Shown here: piece by piece, positions 62,531 to 64,000 of the stretch
Numbering within the stretch: position 1 is the stretch's first letter
How the letters are laid out: every line of letters begins with the position of its first letter
Sequence record: NZ_CP118992.1
Reading direction: 5' to 3' (one strand)
Length of the DNA: 64,000 bases
Source: a plasmid
Position numbers and translations under genes: made by a program
The notes under the pieces: model-generated
Database searches by the model: none
Told to the model about the DNA's origin: nothing
What the model saw: only the letters and a program-made list of their open reading frames with translations

Positions 62531-64000
62531 CAACGTTTTCTGCCTCTGACGCCTCTTTTAATGGTCTCAGATGTCCTTTGGTCACCAGTTCTGCCAGCGT
62601 GAAGGAATAATGGCCGAGCATATTGATATGTCCGTGGCAAAGCGGGGAGAGGCGTGCGATATCTTCATCATTCAGTGTTTCACCCTGCGCCCGGAGATGA
62701 TCCAGGGCTGCCTGCATATAAATAGTGTTCCATAACACGACGGCGTTAGTGACCAGCCCCAGTGCGCCCAGTTGATCTTCCTGACCGTCGGTATATCGTT
62801 TTCTTATCTCACCTTTTTGACCGTGACAGATGGCTCTGGCAACGGCATGGCGACTTTCTCCCCGATTAAGCTGGGTCAGAATGCGCCGGCGGTAATCTTC
62901 ATCATCAATATAATTAAGCAGATACAGCGTTTTGTTGATGCGCCCCACTTCAATGATTGCCTGAGTCAGTCCGGAAGGACGTTCACTTTTCAGCAATGAA
63001 CGGACCAGCACTGAAGCCTGTACTTTGCCCAGCTTCAGGGAGCCAGCGGTCCGGATCATTTCGTCCCACTGAAGGACTATTTTTCGGGGATCTGATTGCC
63101 CTCTGGCAATATCATTCAGCACGCCATAGTCGGCATCATGGTCCATTCGCCAGAAAACCGAAGCACCGGCATCAGCCAGGCGTGGAGAAAACTGGTATCC
63201 CAGCAGCCAGAAAAGGCCAAAGACAAGTTCGCTGGCACCTGCTGTATCGGTCATAATTTCGGTTGGATTCAGCCCGGTCTCCTGTTCCAGAAGACCTTCC
63301 AGCACAAAGATAGAGTCCCTCAGCGTCCCCGGTATAACGATGCCATGAAAGCCGGAATACTGATCGGACACAAAGTTGTACCAGGTGATCCCTCTGTTAT
63401 TACCAAAGTATTTGCGGTTCGGTCCGGCATTGATTGTTCTGACTGGCGTAACAAAGCGCATTCCATCTGCAGATGCCACTTCTCCTCCACCCCATATCTG
63501 TGCCAGTGGCAGCGTTGCCTGAAAATCAACCAGTCTGGCATTAGCGCTGGTGATAGTTTCAGCCCGCAGATAGTTCGCTTTTGTCCAGTTCAGCCGGTGT
63601 CGGGTCAGTGCAGGAACATTTGATCTGATCAGTGGTTCCAGACCGATATTGCAGGCTTCAGCCATCAGCACGGCGCTGATGCTGACGGGCAGATCATCAA
63701 CTCTGGCACTGGCTTCACTAGCATGGAAAAACTCATCAGCAAATCCGGTATGGGCGTTAATTTCGAGCAGCAACTCCGTTAAATCCACCGGAGGGAGTAG
63801 ATCACTGATCATTTTGCTCAGTCGTTTCAGACTGTCCGGCTCATCAAGACTGGCGAGGGGAGAAATTGTCAACCGGGGCTTCGGGCCAGAAACATCGAGT
63901 TCGACAGCCTCATTTTCGCAAAGACGTGCAGCAACCTGTCTGTAACGACTATCAAGCTGATGACCCAGAGATTTTATTGCTTCCTGCGGGTCTGTCGGGT
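62526..64000 (-). CDS. tnpA: Tn3 TnpA transposase C-terminal portion; continues beyond the window.
   Basis: ...LTISPLASLDEPDSLKRLSKMISDLLPPVDLTELLLEINAHTGFADEF... to ...TKGHLRPLKEASEAENVA matches the Tn3 TnpA C-terminus adjacent to the IR. The frame stays open to position 64000. Confidence 0.85.
   Translation of the reverse strand, partial: PTDPQEAIKSLGHQLDSRYRQVAARLCENEAVELDVSGPKPRLTISPLASLDEPDSLKRLSKMISDLLPPVDLTELLLEINAHTGFADEFFHASEASARVDDLPVSISAVLMAEACNIGLEPLIRSNVPALTRHRLNWTKANYLRAETITSANARLVDFQATLPLAQIWGGGEVASADGMRFVTPVRTINAGPNRKYFGNNRGITWYNFVSDQYSGFHGIVIPGTLRDSIFVLEGLLEQETGLNPTEIMTDTAGASELVFGLFWLLGYQFSPRLADAGASVFWRMDHDADYGVLNDIARGQSDPRKIVLQWDEMIRTAGSLKLGKVQASVLVRSLLKSERPSGLTQAIIEVGRINKTLYLLNYIDDEDYRRRILTQLNRGESRHAVARAICHGQKGEIRKRYTDGQEDQLGALGLVTNAVVLWNTIYMQAALDHLRAQGETLNDEDIARLSPLCHGHINMLGHYSFTLAELVTKGHLRPLKEASEAENVA

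Overview
This window reads as a mosaic, plasmid-like accessory region with a high-GC backbone carrying several low-GC, enteric-looking inserts. No rRNA, tRNA or CRISPR array was recognised.

Backbone functions, supported by recognisable protein motifs:
- Replication: an intact Replicase-family Rep (1..1197), a second Rep paralog truncated by a transposon IR (24407..24901), a C-terminally truncated RepA_C-like protein (27472..28155), and an iteron-like repeat cluster (~13.9-14.1 kb) with no adjacent rep gene.
- Partition and stability: KfrA, ParA plus an RHH ParG-like protein, ccdAB, a HigB/HigA-like pair, and an apparently orphan RelE/YafQ-like toxin.
- Mobilisation: a MobC-family protein and a TraI-like MOBP relaxase with a candidate oriT; no T4SS or coupling-protein genes were seen.
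- Cargo: a TetR-regulated HlyD/FtsX-permease/ABC-ATPase efflux operon; a periplasmic sugar-binding protein next to a large TM-HAMP-PAS-GGDEF-EAL-hemerythrin signalling protein; three methyl-accepting chemotaxis proteins (one NIT-type, truncated); a Sel1-repeat lipoprotein; LysR plus a YdhR-like monooxygenase; a class-I glutamine amidotransferase.

Mobile-element load is very heavy:
- Tn21-subfamily 38-bp IRs bracket an inverted duplication of a tetR-IR module.
- An ~8.7-kb Tn3-family transposon (IR, IS1182-family IS, MCP, KilA-N, res, tnpR, tnpA, IR) is present in two inverted copies (28146..36830 and 54841..62492) flanking an ~18-kb segment.
- Other elements: an IS4-family IS, two IS10-like elements (one carrying a tandem triplication of an IS66-family single-ORF element), fragments of IS5 (E. 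coli InsH-type), IS21, ISL3 and an IS4-type transposase, an IS903-like IS, an IS200/IS605 element with truncated tnpB, a ~370-bp Tn3-derived miniature element (TIME), and the start of a canonical Tn3 at the right edge.
- Insertion junctions truncate several host genes: Rep2, the RepA_C-like protein, the NIT-type MCP, TnpB, and the copy-B IS1182 transposase.

No clearly novel multi-gene system was found. The most second-look-worthy items are the chemoreceptor/KilA-N-carrying transposon in inverted duplicate, the PBP/GGDEF-EAL-hemerythrin pair, a duplicated 'leader + small protein + toxin-antitoxin' module, the orphan RelE toxin with its start codon inside a hairpin, two hypothetical genes frameshifted at homopolymer tracts, and an AbiTii-like gene bracketed by GATAGCTA palindromes.
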